64,000 bases of DNA from Hyalangium minutum (GTDB lineage Bacteria; Myxococcota; Myxococcia; Myxococcales; Myxococcaceae): positions 186,001 through 250,000 of the forward strand of contig NZ_JMCB01000002.1 in assembly GCF_000737315.1 (NCBI RefSeq). Direction: 5' to 3'. Below, piece after piece: positions 47,501-55,385 of this stretch; the stretch's first letter is position 1; each line of letters opens with the position of its first letter. The notes beneath the pieces are model-generated. The model was not told where the DNA came from and did not search any database. It saw only the letters and a list, made by a program, of their open reading frames with translations. The position numbers and the translations under genes were made by a program.

Positions 47501-50192
47501 AGGAAATGTAGACCCTACTCCTGTCAGCTACACCTGGGATGTGGACACAGAGGCGCCGGACACTGCAATCGAGCAGAAGCCCTCCAATCCCAGCAACAGC
47601 GCGCGAGCCACGTTCACCTTCAGTGGGCAGGGAGGCGCCGTAGGCTTCGAGTGCAGCTTGGACTCTGCGCAGTTCGCGCCCTGCACAAGTCCCTGGCAGT
47701 CCCCGCTTCTGGCAGAGGGGAATCACACGTTCGCGGTCAGGGCCAAGGATGCCGCAGGCAACATCGATCCTTCACCTGCCACCTATACCTGGCGAGTGGA
47801 TACGCAGCCACCAGACACATCGATTGATCAAAAGCCTCCTAACCCCGATAACAGGACGAGCGCTACGTTCACCTTTGCGTCCAGTGAGGCTGGGAGCAGC
47901 TTCGAATGCAGCCTCGACGATGGGGAGTACGCGAGCTGCACCAGCCCCTTGACCTACTCGGTTCCAGAGGGAAGCCACATCTTTGCGGTGAGGGCCAAGG
48001 ATGCTGCGGGCAATGTGGACGACTCTCCTGCGACTTATACCTGGCGGGTGGACACTGGCGCTCCAGACACGGCGATCGATCAGAAGCCGCCCAATCCCAG
48101 CAACAATGCGAATCCAACCTTCACGTTCACCTCCACGGAGCCCGGCAGCAGCTTCGAGTGCAGCCTGGACTCAGGGCCGTTCGCAGCATGCGCCAGCCCA
48201 GTGGTCTTCCACGTTTCCGAGGGAAGCCACTCGCTCTCTGTGAGGGCCAAGGATGGGGCGGGCAACGTTGACCCTTCTCCTGCCACCTACCCGTGGGTGG
48301 TGGATCTCACTCCGCCAGACACGGCGATTGAGGCGCCGAGACCGCGCAACCCTACCAATGAGACCAGTGCCACCTTTCGCTTTTCGGGTGCTGGAGCGGA
48401 AGGGAAGTACTATTGCAAACTCGATGAGCAGGTGTACGCAGACTGCTCATCGGGCACTATCACCTACGATGCGCTGAGCCAGCGGGTGCACACTTTCTCT
48501 GTGTATGCCAAGGATGCTGCAGGCAATGATGATCTGCAGAACCCAGCCACTTACATCTGGGAGGTCGATACAGAGCCCCCTGAGACAGTGATCGAGGAGG
48601 CAAGCAAGCCGCCCAATCCCACCAGTCTGCTCAGCGCCACGTTCCGCTTCTCGGGAGCTGGACCTGGCGGACACTACCAGTGCTCGCTCGACTCGCAGTC
48701 GTACGTCGGCTGTGACTCGGGAACCATCACCTTCTCGCCGTTGAGCAATGGTGAGCATTATTTCAAGGTCTTTGCGATTGATGCCGCAGGGAATGCAGAT
48801 GCGAGCCCCGCAGAGTACCGGTGGGTGGTGGACTCGAGCCCGCCTGAGACCGTCATTCTGGAAGTCACGGAGGCGGGTGGCATTGCTGCGAGGAACCCCA
48901 CCAACTCAAGGAGTATGAAGTTCCGCTTCTCGGGAGCGGATGCACCCGGAGGATATCGGTGCCGCCTCGAGTCTCCCACCTCTCCAGGAAACTTCAGCCC
49001 CTGCGGTACAAGATTGGGTACCGGCACTGGGACTGCTGGCATCGAGGAGTATGTGAACTTGGGTGCCGGCCGCCATGTCTTCTCTGTCTATGCAGTCGAT
49101 GCCGCAGGCAATGAGGACCCGAGTGCTGCTACCTATGAGTGGGTGGTGGATCTTCAGCCTCCCGTCACCACCATCACGAATCCAGCGACCAACGCTGCGA
49201 AGCTCTGGCGTACCAATCAGACATCACCTGTCTTCAGGGGTACCTCCGAAATGGGGAGCAGGGTGGTGCTGCAGATCGACGGACTGGGCACGGATACTCA
49301 ACAAATGGGGAGCAGCGGGAATTGGGAACTGACTACCCGACATGTCTTGGCAGAGGGTAAGCACGTCGTGCGTGTGGTCGAAGCGACCGATGCGGTCGGC
49401 AATACGTGGACTCCGTCGAGCACTTCGCCACTGCCTAGCGACTCGGCATTCGAGTTCTGGGTGGATACGACTCCGCCGCAGACCGCGATTACTCAGAAAC
49501 CTCCCGAGATTCACAATTCCATCAGTGTTCTTTTCAATTTCAGTGACCCAACCGAGGAGGACGGGTTGAGTACAACGTTTGAGTGCAAGGTCGTCGCTCA
49601 GCACCTTGAGAAAGAGTTTGAGAGCCCTTGCCTTGGCGAGCAGCCTTACAACCTCGCGAACATCTTCGAGATCGCGAACGACAACATCAAAGCTGTGAAT
49701 GGGACGTATACCATCTTCGTAGCCGCGAGAGATGAAGCGGGAAATCTGGACGAGACTCCTGCTTCCTATGCGTTCACTGTCATTGTTGAGCCGCCTGATG
49801 CTCCTCAGATCAAGAAGCCAGCCAATGGCGATGAAATCTACGACCTGAACCCCAGTGTCTCGGGGAACACCATCCCGAATGGAAGCGTGGAGTTTTTCCT
49901 GGATGGCAAGAGCATGGGGTCCAAGAAGGCGGATGCGGCAGGAGTGTTCACGTTCCGGTTCGCTGACCCCTTGGAAGAGAGAGCCCACGAGCTGCGAGCC
50001 TCGGTAACGGATCTGGCCAGCAATCCAAGCCCTCAATCGCAGCCGATTACCTTCACAGTGTTCGCGCCCAAACCCGTGGCTGAGGCAATTGGGGGTGGAT
50101 TGGGCTGTGCCGCCTCCACCGCGGAGCCGTGGCTCGTGCTCCTGGGACTCTTCGCGGGAGGAGTCTTGCGCTCACGCCACCGCCGGCGCTGA
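44595..50192 (+). CDS. AgmC-like large surface protein: N-terminal AgmC-type/Gly-rich domain, about 15 Ig-like repeats, C-terminal MYXO-CTERM-like anchor
   Basis: Signal peptide, then AEPDTLGLGTGRDG, which I recall as typical of AgmC-family N-termini. Gly-rich GGGGG runs, tandem Ig-like units, and tail GGGLGCAAST-(TM)-RSRHRRR. Confidence 0.85.
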   Translation: MRRSCSLMSLVALVFWASTSAAEPDTLGLGTGRDGALIVTEPRTVINRYAQVTVPLATGDTVLFVSSTEGFAAGDLIMVLQTTGIVPEPAQGAPGPISLSTDPVGRWELARVSFAERQELKLGAPLLYSYAGLVTQVIRIPEYTDVKVVAGASLVAAPWDGSQGGVLAFLAKGLIQNEGTLQASGVGFRGGLVLEEFAGFAGCAALPASVRPGAGRGEGISSLDFGVWATGLENASNGGGGGLCPRAGGGGGGNGAAGGRGGDSLVYGDSARNIGGKGGAGLVYSLTDHLTLGGGGGQGYGGGRHSQGGAGGGAIFVRGYRLAGSGSILADGAAGDDATQGGAGGGGAGGSVYLRFVDSAECGFISASGGNGGSSSAGIAEDGGAGGGGGGGRLLYQAASTGACPMSVEAGLAGGVAGTISGIVTNAQPAASQLVAHRGIITRLETEFEQFANCTLNAPVFTTPVNNGYVNAQLKVTGSVSGYGSNAKVRIYVGSDLAGDATPNSGTWSYTFAVGVLEDARQYTIKAIGVCGSNSEESSNATSINVTVDTAVPQIGWVTRPSDPSPELRPTLSFNTGNQEVSVRYTCTLDGSAGFGCGVGTTGQVVSYTVAGTLLDGSRHTFTVRGTDEADNPTNGSLSYSWTVIYPSDTVIDPPRPPDPTNVTAAAFSFHATKAGATLECRLDESAWAACTSPKSYSALADGRHTFEVKAMLGSIEDTSPASYSWVVDTESPDTRIEQKPNDPTNSTRATFTFSSPEEGCSFECSLNGGVYTSCPSPWTSPELADSRHTLSVRARDAAGNIDPSPATYSWLVDSTPPNTVFDQKPTNPSNVTRPTFAFSASETGSSFVCSLDSAAFTPCTSPVTTPLLAEGSHTFAVKATDALGNTAASATTYTWVVDITPPDTILGDKPTNPSNEPRPRFTFSATETGSTFECRMDQGLYVTCSSPWTAPSLTDGSHTFEVRATDAAGNVDPTPVSYTWDVDTEAPDTAIEQKPSNPSNSARATFTFSGQGGAVGFECSLDSAQFAPCTSPWQSPLLAEGNHTFAVRAKDAAGNIDPSPATYTWRVDTQPPDTSIDQKPPNPDNRTSATFTFASSEAGSSFECSLDDGEYASCTSPLTYSVPEGSHIFAVRAKDAAGNVDDSPATYTWRVDTGAPDTAIDQKPPNPSNNANPTFTFTSTEPGSSFECSLDSGPFAACASPVVFHVSEGSHSLSVRAKDGAGNVDPSPATYPWVVDLTPPDTAIEAPRPRNPTNETSATFRFSGAGAEGKYYCKLDEQVYADCSSGTITYDALSQRVHTFSVYAKDAAGNDDLQNPATYIWEVDTEPPETVIEEASKPPNPTSLLSATFRFSGAGPGGHYQCSLDSQSYVGCDSGTITFSPLSNGEHYFKVFAIDAAGNADASPAEYRWVVDSSPPETVILEVTEAGGIAARNPTNSRSMKFRFSGADAPGGYRCRLESPTSPGNFSPCGTRLGTGTGTAGIEEYVNLGAGRHVFSVYAVDAAGNEDPSAATYEWVVDLQPPVTTITNPATNAAKLWRTNQTSPVFRGTSEMGSRVVLQIDGLGTDTQQMGSSGNWELTTRHVLAEGKHVVRVVEATDAVGNTWTPSSTSPLPSDSAFEFWVDTTPPQTAITQKPPEIHNSISVLFNFSDPTEEDGLSTTFECKVVAQHLEKEFESPCLGEQPYNLANIFEIANDNIKAVNGTYTIFVAARDEAGNLDETPASYAFTVIVEPPDAPQIKKPANGDEIYDLNPSVSGNTIPNGSVEFFLDGKSMGSKKADAAGVFTFRFADPLEERAHELRASVTDLASNPSPQSQPITFTVFAPKPVAEAIGGGLGCAASTAEPWLVLLGLFAGGVLRSRHRRR
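46236..50070 (+). repeat. Tandem array of about 84-88-aa Ig-like repeats inside the adhesin
   Basis: Consensus VDTxPPDTxIxQKPxNPxN...FTF...FECSLD...CxSP...EGxHTFxVRAxDAAGNxDxSPATYxW. The DNA motif GCCAAGGATG recurs about every 250-260 bp (near 47742, 47994, 48246, 48507). Confidence 0.9.
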
Positions 50193-50213
50193 GCCAGGCG
50201 GAGACACACGGTC

Positions 50214-52001
50214 ATGCATAGTGAGAAGTATCAGCTGATCCAAAAACTCGCGACCGGCGGCATGGCCGAGGTGTTCCTCGCCAAGTCCGCCGGTCCCATG
50301 GGCTTCGAGAAGTCGCTCGTGGTCAAGCGCATCCTGCCGCACCTGGCCACCGAATCCTCCTTCGTGGACATGTTTTTGTCCGAAGCCCGGCTCGCCGCTC
50401 AGCTCAATCACCCGAACATCGTCCAGATCTTCGATTTCGGCGAGGCGGACGGCACCTACTTCATCGCGATGGAGTACATCGATGGGGTCAACCTGAGAGA
50501 GGTCATCCGGCGCGCTGGCGCAGTGGGCCTCGTTCTACCCCTCGCGTTTTGCGCCCGCGTCATCTCCGCCGCCTGCGAAGGGCTCGCCTTTGCCCACGAC
50601 TGCATCGACCCGGCCACGAACCTGCCGATGAACATCATTCACCGCGACATCAGCCCAGACAACATTCTGCTGTCGCGCCAAGGCTCGGTGAAGGTCGTGG
50701 ACTTCGGCATCGCCAAGGCCGCGGGTGTGAGCCCCCACACCCAGACGGGCGTCCTCAAAGGCAAGCTGGCGTACATGCCGCCTGAGCAGCTGCGCAATGA
50801 GCCCTTGGATCGCCGCGCGGATGTCTACGCGTTGGGCATTGTCCTCTACGAGCTGCTCACAGGGTTCAAGCCCTTCAGGGCTTCCTCCGAGGCCGCTCTG
50901 CTCCAGGCCATCCTCTCCGAGCCTGAGGTCCCCGTCGAACAGCGCCGGTCTGATGTGCCAGAAACCCTCCAACGCATCCTCTCTCGGGCCATCTCCAAGG
51001 ATCGCGAGAAGCGCTACCCTGACTGCCCCTCCTTTCAGGCGGATCTGGAGGCGTTCATCGTCGAGTTCATTGTCTCGACCGGTAAACCCATGGGCGCCTC
51101 GCAGATGGCAGGCATCGTCGCCATGATGGCGACCGCCGAGAGTGTATCCCCTTCGCCTCAGAAGACGACGAGTCTCCCCCGGTCTCCTTCCAAGCTCATT
51201 CAGTCCCAGCCGCAGCCCGAGTCTTCCTCGGCCGCTGCAGTGAGGCCTGTCACCGATCTTGCTCCGCTGCAAGAGGTCCTGCAGCCCGAGGTGCACGGGC
51301 CCAGGGATGAGCGGACTACGGTGGCTCGTCCCTCGAGGCTTTCTCCCAAGGTTCCCCATCCGCACGACAAGGAGACGGCCTGGGTCGCGCTCGTGGGCGT
51401 CCTGTTGATCCTGATAGGGGGCGGGTACCTGAGCCGACGGCTTCTCGCGGGGGGCCCACCTCGGGAACCGGTCTCTCTTGCTCCCGCTGGGCCTACCGTT
51501 TCTGTGTCCGTCATGGCTCCGGGAGAGGCTCACGGAGGTGAGGCCCTTCCTGCGACGACTCCGCAAGCGTCAGATGGGGGGACATCTTCGCCAGCGCTGA
51601 AAGACGTCCTGTCCAGCAGCGGCACGGATGAGCACAGCCAATCGATTGCGTCCGCAGGAATGGACGTCTCCCAACCGCCAGGTCCGGTTTTGCGGGATGC
51701 AGGAGTTGCTGCGTCTGGTAGAGGTTCTTCCTCACGGGGGGAGGTCAAGCCTCCTGAGAAGCCTCGCACTCAGGCTGTTGTCGTGGGACAGGGCTCCCTG
51801 GATCTGCTGGTCGTTCCCGAGGCCATGCTGTTCCTCAATGGATGGCAGATGGGGCTGACCCGGAAGGCTTCCTTCCCGCTCGACGCGGGCAAGTACACCT
51901 TGAAGCTCGTCAACTCAAAGCTTCAAAAGAAAGTAGAGCGGGAGATTCTGGTCACCGCAGGCCAGACCACCCAGATCGACATCAATTTGTTGGAACAGTA
52001 A
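50214..52001 (+). CDS. Hanks-type Ser/Thr protein kinase with one TM helix and C-terminal PEGA-like domain
   Basis: LATGGMAEV, VVKRIL, HRDISPDNI, DFGIAK, GKLAYMPPE, DVYALG; TM WVALVGVLLILIGGGYL; PEGA-like GSLDLLVVPEAMLFLNG...GKYTLKL. Confidence 0.95.
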   Translation: MHSEKYQLIQKLATGGMAEVFLAKSAGPMGFEKSLVVKRILPHLATESSFVDMFLSEARLAAQLNHPNIVQIFDFGEADGTYFIAMEYIDGVNLREVIRRAGAVGLVLPLAFCARVISAACEGLAFAHDCIDPATNLPMNIIHRDISPDNILLSRQGSVKVVDFGIAKAAGVSPHTQTGVLKGKLAYMPPEQLRNEPLDRRADVYALGIVLYELLTGFKPFRASSEAALLQAILSEPEVPVEQRRSDVPETLQRILSRAISKDREKRYPDCPSFQADLEAFIVEFIVSTGKPMGASQMAGIVAMMATAESVSPSPQKTTSLPRSPSKLIQSQPQPESSSAAAVRPVTDLAPLQEVLQPEVHGPRDERTTVARPSRLSPKVPHPHDKETAWVALVGVLLILIGGGYLSRRLLAGGPPREPVSLAPAGPTVSVSVMAPGEAHGGEALPATTPQASDGGTSSPALKDVLSSSGTDEHSQSIASAGMDVSQPPGPVLRDAGVAASGRGSSSRGEVKPPEKPRTQAVVVGQGSLDLLVVPEAMLFLNGWQMGLTRKASFPLDAGKYTLKLVNSKLQKKVEREILVTAGQTTQIDINLLEQ

Positions 52002-52013
52002 GCCGGGCCTGCC

Positions 52014-52220
52014 TCAGGGCTCGTACTTCGGTGTGCTGATGACGACCGCGAACGGGTCCGGCCTCTCTCGCTTCTTCGTGAGGGTCCGGTTCTCCACTGC
52101 GACCTTGTGGTACGGCTCAATGCGCAGCCGCATCCCAAACACCCACCGGTTCTTCTCGGGCTCCGGCGCGGGTTGGCCGAAGGCCATCAGCTTCGTCGAG
52201 GAGTCGCTCATGGCTGACAA
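52014..52220 (-). CDS. Small hypothetical protein (65-68 aa)
   Basis: ORF fills the gap between the kinase stop and the SPW gene with plausible codon usage; no recognised motif. Confidence 0.45.
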   Translation of the reverse strand: MSAMSDSSTKLMAFGQPAPEPEKNRWVFGMRLRIEPYHKVAVENRTLTKKRERPDPFAVVISTPKYEP

Positions 52221-52310
52221 CCTAGCACATCTTGAACGAGGATCCTACCCGCAGCGTTGAAAGGCCGCCCACCAGAGCAGGCGGTCTTTCCTGCTGGCAA
52301 AGCCAGAGCG

Positions 52311-52865
52311 CTACGCGCCGACAGCCGCGCCAGACAGAGGCAGAGCCTCGGAGAGGCGGCGCTTGCTCCACTTCACGCCCACCTGGGCCCGGTAGTCCGT
52401 GAACAGCGAGCCGATGATGGTGCTCACCCCCACCGCGACGTGGACGATGGCCGACAGCGGCGAGCGGCGCGCATAGCCAAACACGAAGGGCGAGGCGATG
52501 GCCGCCAGGCCCCACGCGTAGTCGATGAACTCATGCACCTCGATGGGGATGATCTTGCGCAGGCTCAGCCGGTAGTCGGTGAGCAGGGACACGCCCAGGT
52601 CCGCCATGCCCAGGGCCAGCCCCGCCGTGCAGGCCGGCTTGGCCGCGCCCATTGCCACGCCCAGCACCGTCAGGCCGTTGGCGTAGTCCAGCAGTGAGTG
52701 GATGTCCTGCGGAACGAACCGCTTGAAGGGAAGCACTCCGAACAGCGGCTTCGCGGGCGTCCCAGCTTCTGGTCCGCGAGACAGAGACCGGCGCATGGTG
52801 CGTTGCAAGGTGGGAGGAATCAGAGAACGCGCATCACGCGCGATGGGCAGATCGACCTCGGGCAT
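52311..52865 (-). CDS. Integral membrane protein with SPW-type internal duplication
   Basis: Two copies of xPxxxHxxxDY followed by hydrophobic helices and LxTDY (VPQDIHSLLDY...LLTDY; IPIEVHEFIDY...LFTDY). Confidence 0.7.
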   Translation of the reverse strand: MPEVDLPIARDARSLIPPTLQRTMRRSLSRGPEAGTPAKPLFGVLPFKRFVPQDIHSLLDYANGLTVLGVAMGAAKPACTAGLALGMADLGVSLLTDYRLSLRKIIPIEVHEFIDYAWGLAAIASPFVFGYARRSPLSAIVHVAVGVSTIIGSLFTDYRAQVGVKWSKRRLSEALPLSGAAVGA

Positions 52866-53074
52866 GAACCACCTCCGTTTGGGTGCGCCAAATGTAGGGA
52901 TGCCTCTTCCCTGAGACGTTCATGAGGGTGAGCCTGCCGGCTCACCGGGCGAGCACGGTGGGCTGGCGGGCAGGGGAGCGCAGGCCTGGGCCCCGACAAC
53001 GGTTCGCGGCATCTCCATCCTTCTGAAGTCAGGGCCTCTGGTGGGCCCTTCGTTCTCTCAAGCGAGGTCAGGTC

Positions 53075-53275
53075 ATGCTCGTTGTCTGGTCCGCACTGTT
53101 GGGCGTCCTCATCTTCATGGGCATCATCGTGGTCACCCTGGTGTTCGGCGCCGCAGCGCACAGGGCTGAAAAGAAGGAACTGCTCCGGTCCGAGACCGAG
53201 CGGCTCGCGGGGCTGGATGGGGATGTCACCGCCGAGACCCCCCATCCCATCCACGATCGCTACGTCGAGGCCTGA
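53075..53275 (+). CDS. Small membrane protein (66 aa)
   Basis: AGG upstream of ATG, an N-terminal hydrophobic helix and a charged tail; occupies an otherwise empty gap. Confidence 0.6.
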   Translation: MLVVWSALLGVLIFMGIIVVTLVFGAAAHRAEKKELLRSETERLAGLDGDVTAETPHPIHDRYVEA

Positions 53276-53294
53276 GGCCCCAGGTGGCAGGGCC

Positions 53295-54083
53295 TCACCG
53301 CGGGCGCGAGCTGTAGTAGCGCCGCAGCCAGCGGCTGAGGCCATCCAGGCCCGGGAAGAGGACGCGCTCTGTCACGTTGGCCTGGTCCAGCTTGTCCCGG
53401 ACCTCCCACTTCAGCGAGGCCGGGACGATGAGCCGGTGGACGCCTCGCTTCTGGTTCTCGAGGAAGGCGTCCAGCCGCAGCAGCGGGCCGTTCATCACCG
53501 AGAACAGCGCGAACTGGTTCACGATGCGGTCGTCCAGCGAGGGCGGCTCCAAGAAGAGCACGAAGGGGTGCTTCGTCAGCCGGTCGAACACGGACAGCTC
53601 TCTCGCCACCGACGCGAGCATCTCCGCCGTGAAGACGTCCGCGCCCTCTTCCCGGAGCTGGGCCTGCAAGGGTTTGGGCAGCAGCCGGTTCGTCTGGTGG
53701 TAGTCCACGCACCACACCACCCCGTCCGTGTCGTACAGCTCCGGGTCCTCCGTCAGGAAGTGGAGCGCCACGTAGGGGCTGAACGTCCAGTCCAGAAGCC
53801 GCGTCGGCAGTCCGTGATGCTGCGCCAGCGCCAGCCAGTCCCAGACCGACGCGCAGGGCTGGGTGCCTCCGCGCGCGTACTTGCGAAAGGCGCGCAGCAG
53901 ATCCTTCTCGTGCGCGGCGAAGTCCCCCTCGTGGCGGTTGAGCGAGGTGGAGAGGTCATGCCTCGCGTTCGGTACCCCGCGGAAGGCAAAGCTCGGCCGG
54001 AACCTTCGCAGGCCCTCGTTCCATGAGCCCGCGAAGAGCGCCTCCTGCAGCTCGAGCCAGCTGTTGACGCGTTCCTCTTTCAC
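53295..54083 (-). CDS. FRG domain protein
   Basis: FAFRGV, LAQHHGLPTRLLDWTFSPYVALHF, RIVNQFALF, LFPGLDGL. Confidence 0.93.
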   Translation of the reverse strand: MKEERVNSWLELQEALFAGSWNEGLRRFRPSFAFRGVPNARHDLSTSLNRHEGDFAAHEKDLLRAFRKYARGGTQPCASVWDWLALAQHHGLPTRLLDWTFSPYVALHFLTEDPELYDTDGVVWCVDYHQTNRLLPKPLQAQLREEGADVFTAEMLASVARELSVFDRLTKHPFVLFLEPPSLDDRIVNQFALFSVMNGPLLRLDAFLENQKRGVHRLIVPASLKWEVRDKLDQANVTERVLFPGLDGLSRWLRRYYSSRPR

Positions 54084-54282
54084 ACCCTCCCCAGGTCCGA
54101 AGCTCTCGCTTCAATACTCACTCCCTGGGAGGCTTCACCAGCGCCTAGGTTCACGGGCGTGCACCACCCCACACGCTGCGCCTGCAGAGCGTGTGGCAGC
54201 GCACAGGCGCTTGGGCCTTTCAGGGTCCCTGGGTTCCCTCAAGCCCGAGGGTACGGCTGTTCGCCAGCCCCTTTTCGGGGGC

Positions 54283-54519
54283 TCAGGGCCGGCCTGAGTC
54301 CGCAGGCTGGTTGAAGGCGTAGGAGTCCGCGCCAGGAGCCTTGTCCTCGTGGAACAAGGGGCACTTGGCACAGGTGAAGCTGTCCCAGTCCTCCTTCACG
54401 GCGGCGTCCACGCAGGTGCTGTAGAAGCGGCAGTGGACGTTGCGGTGCTCTTCGATTCGGAACTGGTCGGCCCGCAATGGCAGGCGGAACGCAGTAGGTC
54501 GCGGCTGAGCGCAGGGCAT
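54283..54519 (-). CDS. Small Cys-rich protein (putative metal-binding, 78 aa)
   Basis: HCRFYSTC...W...FTCAKCP four-Cys cluster; GC-biased codons; stand-alone position. Confidence 0.7.
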   Translation of the reverse strand: MPCAQPRPTAFRLPLRADQFRIEEHRNVHCRFYSTCVDAAVKEDWDSFTCAKCPLFHEDKAPGADSYAFNQPADSGRP

Positions 54520-54649
54520 GGTGAGTCACTCGTGGTTAGGTAGGCCCCCTCGTTTCACACGGACCAACGGCCGGTGCGTCGCGTCATTCCCGAGGAGGGG
54601 TGTCTTCCTCAACTGAATAACGCCGCCCATCCTTCCTGGCAGAGAGCGC

Positions 54650-55261
54650 TCAGGATCGGCGCCTGGCTCCCGCTTGCCGCGCCGCCTCCACGAACACCTC
54701 GTACGGCTGGCAGCCCACCACTCGGACGTTCCCGATGAAGAAGGTGGGGATGCCGCTCACTCCCGCAGCGCGGCCCTCGGCCTGCAGTTCATCCACCCGC
54801 GACTGATACTCAGGCGCATCCATGGCGGCGCTCGCCTGCTCGGCGGGCAGGCCTACCTGCTCGGCCAGCCGCGTCAGCACCTGCGGGTCTTCGAGGTCCG
54901 CGCCTTGCCGCCAGTACGCCTCCATGGCCGCATCGCGGAACTCCAGCAGCTTGCCGTGGGTTCGTGCCCACTCGGCCAGCGCGAGCGCCCGCCGGGTGTT
55001 GTTCAGCCGCAGGGGCAGCCGGATGCCGGTCACGCCAAAGCGCTGGGCGACTTGCGCCGCATGGGCTCGCATGCCCGCAGCGCGGCCCGGAAAGAGCTGT
55101 TCCATGTCGACACCCCCCCGAGGTGTCCGCGGGTTGAGCTCGAAACCCCGCCAATCCAGCTCTACGTCGTACTCTGTCTGCAGCCTGGCCAGGCTGCTCT
55201 GCTCCGCGATGAAGCAGAAGGGGCAAACGAAGTCCGAATACAGCCGGATGAGTGTGGCCAT
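54650..55261 (-). CDS. DsbA/FrnE-family thioredoxin-fold oxidoreductase
   Basis: YSDFVCPFC (CxxC), FELNP, GVSGIPTFFI (cis-Pro loop), VGCQPYEVF; GAGGAGGG before ATG. Confidence 0.93.
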   Translation of the reverse strand: MATLIRLYSDFVCPFCFIAEQSSLARLQTEYDVELDWRGFELNPRTPRGGVDMEQLFPGRAAGMRAHAAQVAQRFGVTGIRLPLRLNNTRRALALAEWARTHGKLLEFRDAAMEAYWRQGADLEDPQVLTRLAEQVGLPAEQASAAMDAPEYQSRVDELQAEGRAAGVSGIPTFFIGNVRVVGCQPYEVFVEAARQAGARRRS

Positions 55262-55385
55262 GGTGCCCTCCTCGATAGGTTGTCTCTTACTTTCGCCGTA
55301 TGGGCCCTGCCAATCCCGCTCCCAGAGCGGCCGGGCAAGACGTTCATTCCTTCACCCGGACCGCACTTTCCCTGAAGATGCGCCC

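Noticed and set aside
46236-50070. Regular ~255-bp DNA repeats considered as a CRISPR-like or non-coding array
   Set aside because: The repeats are degenerate, in frame and encode Ig-like domains; there are no identical short repeats with unique spacers and no cas genes.
54266-54283. AGCCCC/GGGGCT hairpin after the small Cys-rich gene
   Set aside because: 6-bp stem with no U-tract on the coding strand; too weak to call a terminator.
54822-55385. 188-codon N-terminal extension of the TPR lipoprotein in the ORF track
   Set aside because: It overlaps the DsbA gene on the other strand; the signal peptide and lipobox fit a start at GTG 55386.
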